Positions 20,061 to 29,171 of a stretch of DNA of 64,000 bases are shown here, one piece after another. Where the stretch lies: positions 2,694 through 66,693 of the forward strand of contig CAJWZD010000002.1 in NCBI GenBank assembly GCA_913049685.1, written 5' to 3'. The notes under the pieces are model-generated. The model made no database searches. It saw only the letters and a list, made by a program, of their open reading frames with translations, and had not been told where the DNA came from. The position numbers were made by a program, and so were the translations under genes. Positions within the stretch are counted from its first letter, which is position 1; every line of letters starts with the position of its first letter. The DNA is from an uncultured Fidelibacterota bacterium. GTDB lineage: Bacteria > Fidelibacterota > Marinisomatia > Marinisomatales > TCS55.

Positions 20061-20837
20061 TTGAAAAAATCTTTTCACCCTTTCAGAAAAAAGTGGGGTC
20101 AAAATTTTCTAAATGATAACAACTTATTAAATAAGATTGTAAAAACTTTAAATCCTTTATCTCATGATACTTTTCTTGAAATTGGGGCAGGTGACGGGGC
20201 TCTAACAGAAAAAATACTTCCTCATGTAAAAAAAATGTTAGCAGTTGAGATTGACCCATTGCTAGTGAAAAAACTTACCCAAAACAAAAACCTTAAAGGT
20301 TTATCGGTTATTGATGGCGATATATTAAACCTTAACCTTGAAAATTTGAATTTTAAAGGTCCAATTAAAATAATTGGAAACATTCCTTATAACATAACAT
20401 CTTCAATAATCTTTTGGCTAATTGAACAATTGGACTTTTGGAAAGAAGCATACGTAATGATGCAAAAAGAGGTTGCAGAAAGATTGGTAGCGGATATTGG
20501 AACTAAAGCCTACGGAAGGATAACTGTAGTAACAAGCGCCTATTTAAAAAAAGAAATATGTTTCAATATACCTCCCGAAGTTTTTTTCCCAAAACCCAAA
20601 GTTTATTCTTCTTTGGTTAAGTTTTCAAAAATATCAGATCAAATCATTAGTGATGACAAATTTATTAAATATAATAAGATGGTAAAAAAAGCCTTTTCAG
20701 GGCGAAGGAAAATGATAAGAAATACGTTATCTGGATACTCTTTTGATAATGAAGTGAAGAAAAAAATTGACTTTTCTAGACGGCCCGAAACATTATCACC
20801 TAAAGAATTTGCTGACCTAGTAAAATCATTAAAATAA
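20061..20837 (+). CDS. rsmA: 16S rRNA (adenine1518/1519) dimethyltransferase
   Basis: WGQNFL, EIGAGDG, GNIPYNI, QKEVAERL, RRPETL; TTG start. Confidence 0.95.
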   Translation: MKKSFHPFRKKWGQNFLNDNNLLNKIVKTLNPLSHDTFLEIGAGDGALTEKILPHVKKMLAVEIDPLLVKKLTQNKNLKGLSVIDGDILNLNLENLNFKGPIKIIGNIPYNITSSIIFWLIEQLDFWKEAYVMMQKEVAERLVADIGTKAYGRITVVTSAYLKKEICFNIPPEVFFPKPKVYSSLVKFSKISDQIISDDKFIKYNKMVKKAFSGRRKMIRNTLSGYSFDNEVKKKIDFSRRPETLSPKEFADLVKSLK

Positions 20838-20913
20838 GTATGTTTATTAGGTAAAAACTTATTTTTAGTGTATATTTCTGAGCTTTTTTCGACTAAAAAA
20901 AGGTTAAAAATTT

Positions 20914-21768
20914 ATGGCAAAAGCAGCTAGACCCATTAATGAATCAAATCGTAGTTTAAGTCAATATCTTGAAGAGATTGGCCAATTTGAACCTTTGCAT
21001 CCTTCTCGTGAAGTTGAGCTTGCTCAGGCAATAAAAAAAGGCGATCGATTTGCAATGAAAGAATTAGTGGAAGCTAATTTAAGATTTGTTGTTTCTGTAG
21101 CTAAGGACTACCAAGGACAAGGTTTACCTTTGACGGATTTGATTAATGAAGGCAATATGGGCCTAATGAAGGCTGCTGGCCGATTTGATGAAACCCGTGG
21201 ATTCAAATTTATTTCATATGCGGTGTGGTGGATTAGACAATCTATTCTTCAGGCTCTTGCTGAACATTCTCGAATAGTTAGACTTCCTTTGAATAGGGTA
21301 GGAACAATTTCGAAAATAACAAAAACTGCTGAAAAGCTTGAAGCGGAAGTAGAAAGATCTCCCAACGAAGAAGAGATCGGTAGAAATCTTGAGATGACAA
21401 CTGATGAAGTTACCGATGCTATGCGGATCTCTCGAAGACATCATTCGCTTAATGCTCCGTTCAGAGATGGCGATAAAAATTCCCTAATTGATGTCATCGA
21501 GGATGATGGACAAATTGAGCCCGATGAACCGTTAATGGCTGAATCCCTGAAAGATGAAATTCGACAATCTTTGGACACATTGAAAGATAGAGAAAGACAA
21601 GTTATTAAAATGTATTTTGGTATTGATAGAGACTATGCATTGACACTTAATGAGATTGGTGAAGAGTTCAGCTTGACCAGGGAAAGAGTTAGGCAAATTA
21701 AAGAAAAAGCTATCCGTAGACTCAGACATAGATCACGCAGTAAATCTCTTAGAACATATTTAGGCTAA
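20914..21768 (+). CDS. rpoD: RNA polymerase primary sigma-70 factor, short form without region 1.1
   Basis: [37 protein letters not shown]; 284 aa. Confidence 0.9.
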   Translation: MAKAARPINESNRSLSQYLEEIGQFEPLHPSREVELAQAIKKGDRFAMKELVEANLRFVVSVAKDYQGQGLPLTDLINEGNMGLMKAAGRFDETRGFKFISYAVWWIRQSILQALAEHSRIVRLPLNRVGTISKITKTAEKLEAEVERSPNEEEIGRNLEMTTDEVTDAMRISRRHHSLNAPFRDGDKNSLIDVIEDDGQIEPDEPLMAESLKDEIRQSLDTLKDRERQVIKMYFGIDRDYALTLNEIGEEFSLTRERVRQIKEKAIRRLRHRSRSKSLRTYLG

Positions 21769-21789
21769 TTTTAGAGGAGGCAAAAACAG

Positions 21790-21987
21790 ATGGTTGAAGT
21801 AACAGTTAGAAATGGAGAGCAATTAGAGAGAGCTCTCAGAAGATTCAAGAAAAAATGGGAGCGCGCAGGAGTTTTAAGAGAAATTAAGCGTAAGTCTTTT
21901 TACATAAAACCAAGCGATGAACAGAGAGCTGCTCGTAAAAAAGCTGTAAGGCGCAGGCTTCGATTAGCTAGGTACAGCTCCTATTAA
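21790..21987 (+). CDS. rpsU: 30S ribosomal protein bS21
   Basis: ALRRFKKK, GVLREI, FYIKPS; AGAGGAGG Shine-Dalgarno upstream. Confidence 0.95.
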   Translation: MVEVTVRNGEQLERALRRFKKKWERAGVLREIKRKSFYIKPSDEQRAARKKAVRRRLRLARYSSY

Positions 21988-21993
21988 TATTTG

Positions 21994-22025
21994 AAAGGTT
22001 CGACAAAGTTTCGGACCTTTTTTTT
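21994..22025 (+). terminator. Intrinsic terminator after rpsU
   Basis: AAAGGTTCGA-caaagtt-TCGGACCTTT hairpin followed by a T run. Confidence 0.8.
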
Positions 22026-22040
22026 AATTAATATCTTAAT

Positions 22041-23375
22041 ATGATTATTCGCAGTATTTCTGGAGTCAGAGGTATCACTAAATCCTCACTTACCCCTGAT
22101 GTTGTTAAAGCATATGCCCATGCTTTTGATGACCTACTTCCTGAAGGATTGGTCTACATTGGCAGAGATTCTAGGCCATCTGGCGAAAATATTCTTGAGT
22201 TATTTTCAAACGAACTGATAGATCTTGGCAGAGATATTGTTAACTGTGAAGTTGTCCCAACTCCAACTGTACAGTTTATGGTTGAAAGGTCAGAAGCTGT
22301 TGGAGGTTTAGTAGTTACAGCTAGCCATAATCCGGAAGAATGGAATGGCATGAAATTCATACGTAAAGATGGAACCTTTTTTCTTCCAGACGAATGTGAA
22401 ATTCTATTTAAAAAAATTGATAGCAATACCTTTCTGAAAAAATCTACCAAAAAGGGAATGTATTTTCCTGATCAGAACTCTATACTTAAACATATTATTC
22501 ATATTATTGAACTTTCTTGTATTAATCTGAAAAGAATAAAGAATAGAAAATATAAAGTCGCTATTGATTGTGTTAATGGTGCTGGATCAAAAGCACTTCC
22601 TTTGCTTTTAGAATATCTGGGTTGTGAGGTAGCTTTGATTCATTGCGATGGAAGTGGTCAGTTTAATCGTGGCACTGAACCCTTACCCGAAAACCTAAAA
22701 GATTTGCGAAAACAGGTTTTAGATAACAATGCGGACATTGGATTTGCTGTTGATCCAGATGCAGATCGACTAGCGATTGTAAATAACCTTGGAGACCCAA
22801 TAGGAGAGGAGTATACATTAGTTCTTGCAGCTGAGGGGTACATAAAAGAATTAAATTGCCCTCAAACAATTGTTACAAATCTATCTACAACCATTGCGCT
22901 AGATAAAATGGCCCACAATAATAATTCAAAAGTTGAACGCACAGCAGTAGGTGAAATCAATGTTGTTAAAAGAATGATCGAAGTTGATTCAAATATTGGT
23001 GGTGAAGGAAACGGGGGAATAATATTAAAAGAAGCTCATCTTGGAAGAGATTCGCTTGTTGGTGTTGCAATGATATTAAATAGATTATCTCAAGATGACA
23101 ATAAAACCATTTCTGAGATTCATAGTGCTTTGCCTCAATTTAGCATTGTTAAAGATAAAGTGGACCTTAAAAGTGTTGATGAAGTTCAGCTTATTGATAA
23201 TGCGAAAGAAACTTTTTTAGAGTCATCAATCGATTTAACAGATGGAGTCAAATTTATATGGCCAGATAGATGGATACACTTGAGAAAATCTAACACTGAA
23301 CCAATTATGCGAATCTACGCAGAAGCTCCAACAGTTAAAGATGCTCAAATTTTGATACAAAGATTAAAATCTTAA
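22041..23375 (+). CDS. glmM: Phosphoglucosamine mutase / alpha-phosphohexomutase
   Basis: SISGVRG, TASHNP, DPDADR, GGEGNGG, RKSNTEP. Confidence 0.82.
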   Translation: MIIRSISGVRGITKSSLTPDVVKAYAHAFDDLLPEGLVYIGRDSRPSGENILELFSNELIDLGRDIVNCEVVPTPTVQFMVERSEAVGGLVVTASHNPEEWNGMKFIRKDGTFFLPDECEILFKKIDSNTFLKKSTKKGMYFPDQNSILKHIIHIIELSCINLKRIKNRKYKVAIDCVNGAGSKALPLLLEYLGCEVALIHCDGSGQFNRGTEPLPENLKDLRKQVLDNNADIGFAVDPDADRLAIVNNLGDPIGEEYTLVLAAEGYIKELNCPQTIVTNLSTTIALDKMAHNNNSKVERTAVGEINVVKRMIEVDSNIGGEGNGGIILKEAHLGRDSLVGVAMILNRLSQDDNKTISEIHSALPQFSIVKDKVDLKSVDEVQLIDNAKETFLESSIDLTDGVKFIWPDRWIHLRKSNTEPIMRIYAEAPTVKDAQILIQRLKS

Positions 23376-23388
23376 TCAATATATTAAA

Positions 23389-24789
23389 ATGACTTATAAA
23401 AAAGGCCAAGAGCTTGAACTGACAATAGAAGGTCTTGCGTATGGAGGAAGAGGGATTGCAAGGCAAAATAACTTTGTGTTTTTTGTAGAAGCAGCAATTC
23501 CAGGTCAGAAAGTTTTAGTATATATATCTAGAAAAAGAAAAGATTTTGCTGAAGCACGGATTAAGGAGGTAATAACTCAGTCGCCTCATTTCTCAGATCC
23601 AAAATGTGAGCATTTTCTACATTGCGGAGGATGTAAATCGCAACATATTGATTACTTAGAGCAGTTAAACCAAAAGAAGAATCAAGTCCAAGATATTTTT
23701 CAGAAACAAGCTGGAATTAAAAACTTTAATGTAGATCAAGTTGTTCCAGCTAACCCTATTTTTAACTATAGAAATAAGATGGAATTTACATTTTCTAAAA
23801 ACAGGTGGATTCTTGAAGGTGAACCAAGAGATGTCAAATCAGATTTTGCGCTAGGAATGCATATTCCAAAAAGATGGGACAAAATTCTTGATATAAACAG
23901 TTGCGATCTTATGCCAAGTATTGGATCAAAAATATTAAACTATGTTAGGGATTTAGCTAGAGAGTCAAATTTAAAGCCTTACGACCAGAGATCTCACATA
24001 GGTTTTCTTAGATATCTAGCTTTGAGGTTTGGACAAAATACAAATGAATTAATGGTAAATCTTGTAACTTCATATGAAGATCTCGATTCGTTAGTACCTT
24101 TTGTTGAAAGTTTAGTTGATGAATTCCCTGAAATAACATCAGTCGTAAATAATATTAATACACGAAAAGCTGATGTATCCTTTGGCGAAAGAGAGATATT
24201 GCTTTTTGGTAAGCCAATTCTCAAAGAAAAATTAAAAGATCTTACGTTTCAAATATCTGCAAATTCTTTTTTTCAAACTAATTCATATATGGCAGAAAAA
24301 CTTTACGAGGTCATTTTAGATTCTGCAAAATTAAAAGGTGATGAAGTCGTTTATGACTTGTACTGTGGAGCAGGTTCAATATCCCTATTTCTAGCGCAGA
24401 AAGCTAAATTCGTTTTCGGTTTTGATATAATTGTTTCTTCCATTGAAAATGCCGAACAGAATGCAATTATAAATAAGATAGAAAATATTGACTTTAACGT
24501 TGCTAATCTTGATTCGTATTTTCAAAAGCACAAATCAAATAAATATCCAAATCCTGATATAGTGATTGTGGACCCACCTCGTGCAGGCATGCATAAAAAA
24601 ATGACTGAATATCTTCCAAAGCTAGGCGCAAAAAAGATAATCTATGTTTCTTGTAACCCTTCAACACAGGCCAGAGATACGCAAATATTGCAATCGCATA
24701 ATTACGAATTAATTAAACTATCAGTTGTAGATATGTTTCCACATACACCGCATGTTGAAACAGTTGGCATATTTGAAAAATCAAAATAA
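23389..24789 (+). CDS. rlmD: 23S rRNA (uracil1939-C5) methyltransferase
   Basis: TRAM domain, CEHFLHCGGC Fe-S motif, SFFQTN, DLYCGAG, DPPR, YVSCNP, DMFPHTPHVE. Confidence 0.93.
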   Translation: MTYKKGQELELTIEGLAYGGRGIARQNNFVFFVEAAIPGQKVLVYISRKRKDFAEARIKEVITQSPHFSDPKCEHFLHCGGCKSQHIDYLEQLNQKKNQVQDIFQKQAGIKNFNVDQVVPANPIFNYRNKMEFTFSKNRWILEGEPRDVKSDFALGMHIPKRWDKILDINSCDLMPSIGSKILNYVRDLARESNLKPYDQRSHIGFLRYLALRFGQNTNELMVNLVTSYEDLDSLVPFVESLVDEFPEITSVVNNINTRKADVSFGEREILLFGKPILKEKLKDLTFQISANSFFQTNSYMAEKLYEVILDSAKLKGDEVVYDLYCGAGSISLFLAQKAKFVFGFDIIVSSIENAEQNAIINKIENIDFNVANLDSYFQKHKSNKYPNPDIVIVDPPRAGMHKKMTEYLPKLGAKKIIYVSCNPSTQARDTQILQSHNYELIKLSVVDMFPHTPHVETVGIFEKSK

Positions 24790-24864
24790 TTAAGGAATTT
24801 TCCTTTATTAGTTTATTATTAGATTATTAAAGCCAGTCACATAAAGAATAACTAAATTTGAATT

Positions 24865-25992
24865 ATGCAAATATGGCTTAAAATTCTTCTTAGAAATAGC
24901 TTTTTCCAGGTTGGACTAGGACTTTTGATTACCATGATATTAGGTGGTATCATTTTGCAATGGCTTGAAACAGGGGATATATCAAAAGGAAACAATCCTT
25001 TCTGGTGGGCAATTGTAACCATGACCACAGTTGGATATGGTGACTTTTCTCCTGAAACACCAGGAGGAAGAATATTCGCTGTATTTATAATGTTTGCAGG
25101 GATAACGCTTGTGTCGCTGCTAACAGCATCAATTTCATCAATTTTTGTAGCACAAAAAATCCGGGAGGGTAAAGGTTTGGAAAAATTGAATCTAAATAAC
25201 CATATTGTATTGTGTGGTTGGAATATAAATGCCGATAAACTAATAAATTCTATCTATGAATTAAAATCTGATAATAAGAATTTTGATTTAGTATTAGTAA
25301 ATGAGCTTAGCGAAGAAGATATAACACAATTAAAATCTAAATTCGCTAAGATAAGAATACATTTTGTTGCAGGTGACTTTACGCAAGAAGAGACGCTTCA
25401 TAGAGCAAGCATAACTACTTCAAATAGTGTAATAGTAATTCCAAATAATTTAAATAACGATAATGAATCGCATGATGAAAAAACGATCTTTGCAACACTT
25501 ACAATTAAAAGCATCGATTCGTCCATAAGGGTGGTTGCATACATTTTGGATAGAGAAAATTTAACACATATTAAACGAGCTGAAGCAGATGAGGTTGTTG
25601 TCAGTGATGATTTTAGTTTAAATATTTTAGCGTCACATATCGTTGACCCAGGAGTACCTCAAGCTTCAAATCATTTAATTAATACTAGTTCTGATTCTAG
25701 ACTTAAAAGAAAAACTATACCTGTAAACTTTGTTGGAAAAAAATACAGTGAATTATTTGACCACTTTCGAGGTGATGACGGTTCTCTTTTAATTGGTCTT
25801 TATTATGAGGACGAAAATCTGGGAATTGGAAGTATACTTTCATCTGATACTTCTTCCCTGGATAAATTTATTGAGCAAAAATTAAAAGAGGGAGGTATTT
25901 CACTTCAAGAACAAAGTAAGGTCCATGTGAATGTAAATCCCAGCCTGGACTATATAATCAAAGAAGGTGAAAAGGCACTTTTAATTCCTTGA
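24865..25992 (+). CDS. 2TM potassium channel with RCK (TrkA-N) gating domain, MthK-like
   Basis: WWAIVTMTTVGYGD selectivity filter between two TM helices; HIVLCGW and GDFT RCK motifs. Confidence 0.93.
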   Translation: MQIWLKILLRNSFFQVGLGLLITMILGGIILQWLETGDISKGNNPFWWAIVTMTTVGYGDFSPETPGGRIFAVFIMFAGITLVSLLTASISSIFVAQKIREGKGLEKLNLNNHIVLCGWNINADKLINSIYELKSDNKNFDLVLVNELSEEDITQLKSKFAKIRIHFVAGDFTQEETLHRASITTSNSVIVIPNNLNNDNESHDEKTIFATLTIKSIDSSIRVVAYILDRENLTHIKRAEADEVVVSDDFSLNILASHIVDPGVPQASNHLINTSSDSRLKRKTIPVNFVGKKYSELFDHFRGDDGSLLIGLYYEDENLGIGSILSSDTSSLDKFIEQKLKEGGISLQEQSKVHVNVNPSLDYIIKEGEKALLIP

Positions 25993-25999
25993 GGTAATT

Positions 26000-26503
26000 A
26001 TGAAAAATGAACAGCTAAAAAATTATAAAATCTTTGAAAATTTAAGCGATGAGCAAATCGATAAATTTCACCCCGCTTTAAAAAAGGAAAAAATTGATCG
26101 TGGAAATAAATTTATAGTGGAAGGAGATGAAGGCGACTCCATTTATCTTTTGCTTCATGGAGAGGCGGAAATTAATCAAGCTCTTACTCTATCAGTCAAT
26201 AAAGGTAAATCTGATACTAGGGAAAAATCGATCATGAAGCTTTCTGATAAAGATTTTCCTCAATTCGGAGAAATGTCAATATTTTCAGACGGCGATGTTC
26301 GCACCGCAAATGTTAGAGCTCAAACAAATTGCACTCTAGCAAAGATAGCTAAAGACGACTTATTTCAAATATGTAACGATAATCCAGAAATTGGATTTCA
26401 GGTAATGCGAAATCTTGGAAGAATTATTACAAAAAATTTAATAAAAGCAAATCAGAATGTATTAAAGCTTACCACAGCTTTTAGTCTTATTTTAGACCGT
26501 TAG
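26000..26503 (+). CDS. Stand-alone cyclic-nucleotide-binding domain protein
   Basis: IFENL, EGDEGDSIY, FGEMSI...RTANV; no HTH domain; GAGGT SD. Confidence 0.88.
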   Translation: MKNEQLKNYKIFENLSDEQIDKFHPALKKEKIDRGNKFIVEGDEGDSIYLLLHGEAEINQALTLSVNKGKSDTREKSIMKLSDKDFPQFGEMSIFSDGDVRTANVRAQTNCTLAKIAKDDLFQICNDNPEIGFQVMRNLGRIITKNLIKANQNVLKLTTAFSLILDR

Positions 26504-26534
26504 GTCTTTCCATGAATACACAACATAATATTCT

Positions 26535-29171
26535 ATGAAGCAACCTCAATTAGATTCGAAATATAATTGGGACAATCTTGAAAGTAGATGGTATAAATAT
26601 TGGCTTGAAAAAAAATACTTTCAAGCAGATGAGGATTCCTCTAAGGAGCCTTATACAATAGTTATTCCTCCGCCAAATGTGACTGGAAAATTGACAATGG
26701 GTCACGTTCTTAACAACACCATTCAAGATATTTTAATTAGAAAAGCGCGGATGGAGGGTAAAAATGCCTGCTGGATACCTGGAACCGATCATGCTTCCAT
26801 AGCCACAGAGTCCAAAGTAGAGGCAATGCTAAGTGAAAAAGGTATAAGCAAATCAATGCTATCTCGAGAAGAATTTTTAGAGCATGCTTGGGATTGGAAA
26901 GATAAGTATGGTGGAATTATAATTAAGCAACTAAAAACTCTTGGGTGCTCATGCGATTGGGATAGAGAACGTTTTACTATGGACCAAGACTATACAAATG
27001 CGATTATGCATGCATTTGTCGATCTTTATAAAGAAGGATTAATTTATAAAGGAAAGCGATTGGTGAATTGGTGTCCAGCTTCTAAATCTGCAATTAGCGA
27101 TGAAGAGGTGATTCACAAAGAAAAAAATGGAAAACTCTGGTATCTGCGTTATCCAATTTCAGGTGAAGATGGTTATGTAGTGGTTGCTACTACAAGACCA
27201 GAAACTATGCTTGGCGATTCAGCGGTTGCCATTAATCCAAAAGATAAACGCTACAAGCATTTAGCTGGAAAAAAGATCTCACTCCCTATAGTGAATCGTA
27301 AAATTCCAATCATATTCGATGATTTCGTAAATATTGACTTTGGTACGGGATGTGTAAAGGTTACTCCAGCGCATGATCCAAATGATTTTGATATGGGTAA
27401 TCGTCATAATTTAGAATTCATAAACATTATGAATGATGACGCATCGTTGAACCATAATGTTCCTGAAAAATATCAAAAACTAACTAGAGAGGATGCCAGA
27501 AAAACAATCGTCGAAGATATGTCCTCAAAAGATTTAATTGATAAAATAGAAGATTATGCAAATAGCGTTGGATATTCCGAAAGAGGTGGTGTGCCAATAG
27601 AGTACTACTTATCCGATCAGTGGTATATGAAAATGGATACACTTGCACAGCCAGCCTTAGAAGCTGTATCAAGCGGAAAAATTAAATTTCACCCTGAGCA
27701 CTGGGTTAAAACCTATAATCACTGGATGAAAAATATAAAAGACTGGTGCATAAGTCGTCAATTAGTTTGGGGCCATCAAATTCCAGTGTGGTATCATAAA
27801 GATGATGTTGAAAAAATACATGTATCAATTAAGGGTCCAGCTGATCCAGAAAATTGGAAAAGAGAAAAAGATGTATTAGATACTTGGGCCTCATCCTGGC
27901 TGTGGTCTTTTGCAGTCCACAGTTGGCCAGATAAAGATAAAAATCTCAAAACTTTTTATCCTACCAATACTTTAGTTACTGGTCCAGATATAATCTTTTT
28001 TTGGGTTGCCAGAATGATAATGGCCGGAACTAAATTCCTAAACGAGATTCCATTTAAAGATGTTTATTTCACCTCAATCCTGCGAGATAAAGATGGAAAA
28101 AAATTCAGTAAATCATTGGGTAATTCACCAGACCCATTTACTCTTTTTAAAGAATACGGAACCGATGCTGTTCGTTTTTCTACAATGCTAATGTCACCAC
28201 AGGGGTTAGATGTTCTTTTCTCAAATGAAAGACTCGAAATTGGCAGGAATTTTATGAATAAACTTTGGAATGCATCCCGATTTGTTCGAATGAATATTGA
28301 TGATACAGTTTTAAATAGCCTAGAAATCAATATCGATGAACTCGAGATTGAAGAGAAGTGGATTTTAAACCAGCTCAATAAAACCACAGATGACTTCAAT
28401 AAATATTTAGATGATTTTAAATTTAATGAAGCTGCGAAAATAATTTATGAGTTCACTTGGAATGATTATTGCGACTGGTTCATTGAGATTGCAAAAACAC
28501 GATTCTATGGTGATGATACTGAAAAAAGTAAAAAAGCCCAAATAGTTGCTGTAAAAACACTTAGAGGAATATTAACTCTATTGCACCCTTACGCTCCATT
28601 TATAACAGAAGAAATATGGTCCTACTTTCGCGGCGAAGACGATGTTGATCTAATTGTCGCCCCTTGGTTAAATATCAAAACGTATACTCCTGATCTCGAA
28701 GCGATTAAATCTTTTGACACATTAAAAGGAATAATATCATCAGTTAGAATGATTAGAAGTCAAATGAATATTCCACCAAATAAACATTCCAGCATTGTAA
28801 TCCGTAAGGCAGAAAAACTTCATTCTGTCATAAACAATTCAAAAGCAATTATTCAATCCTTAGCAAAAGTAGATAAAATCATTTTTTCAGATGATAACAA
28901 TAGACCTGATAAATCTGCGACAGTAATTACGAACAACATAGAGATTTTTATTCCTCTTGAAGGATTAATTGACTTTGAAGTTGAATCTTCAAGGCTTAAA
29001 AAGCGCTTAGGTGAATTGGAGAAGCATGTTTCAGCTTCAAAGAATAAATTATCAAACGATAATTTTATAAAAAAGGCTCCAGAAGAAGTAGTTGCTCATG
29101 AAAAACAAAAATTGGATGATATGATTGTTGAGTATAATTTAGTGGAGCAAAATTTAGATTTTTTAACATGA
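26535..29171 (+). CDS. valS: Valine--tRNA ligase
   Basis: PPPNVTG, GTDHA, ATTRPET, VTPAHD, WCISRQ, KFSKS, C-terminal coiled-coil arm. Confidence 0.97.
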   Translation: MKQPQLDSKYNWDNLESRWYKYWLEKKYFQADEDSSKEPYTIVIPPPNVTGKLTMGHVLNNTIQDILIRKARMEGKNACWIPGTDHASIATESKVEAMLSEKGISKSMLSREEFLEHAWDWKDKYGGIIIKQLKTLGCSCDWDRERFTMDQDYTNAIMHAFVDLYKEGLIYKGKRLVNWCPASKSAISDEEVIHKEKNGKLWYLRYPISGEDGYVVVATTRPETMLGDSAVAINPKDKRYKHLAGKKISLPIVNRKIPIIFDDFVNIDFGTGCVKVTPAHDPNDFDMGNRHNLEFINIMNDDASLNHNVPEKYQKLTREDARKTIVEDMSSKDLIDKIEDYANSVGYSERGGVPIEYYLSDQWYMKMDTLAQPALEAVSSGKIKFHPEHWVKTYNHWMKNIKDWCISRQLVWGHQIPVWYHKDDVEKIHVSIKGPADPENWKREKDVLDTWASSWLWSFAVHSWPDKDKNLKTFYPTNTLVTGPDIIFFWVARMIMAGTKFLNEIPFKDVYFTSILRDKDGKKFSKSLGNSPDPFTLFKEYGTDAVRFSTMLMSPQGLDVLFSNERLEIGRNFMNKLWNASRFVRMNIDDTVLNSLEINIDELEIEEKWILNQLNKTTDDFNKYLDDFKFNEAAKIIYEFTWNDYCDWFIEIAKTRFYGDDTEKSKKAQIVAVKTLRGILTLLHPYAPFITEEIWSYFRGEDDVDLIVAPWLNIKTYTPDLEAIKSFDTLKGIISSVRMIRSQMNIPPNKHSSIVIRKAEKLHSVINNSKAIIQSLAKVDKIIFSDDNNRPDKSATVITNNIEIFIPLEGLIDFEVESSRLKKRLGELEKHVSASKNKLSNDNFIKKAPEEVVAHEKQKLDDMIVEYNLVEQNLDFLT

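Noticed and set aside
20914..21768. Short sigma-70 as a truncated pseudogene or RpoS
   Set aside because: Primary sigma factors lacking region 1.1 are normal in FCB bacteria; regions 1.2-4 are intact
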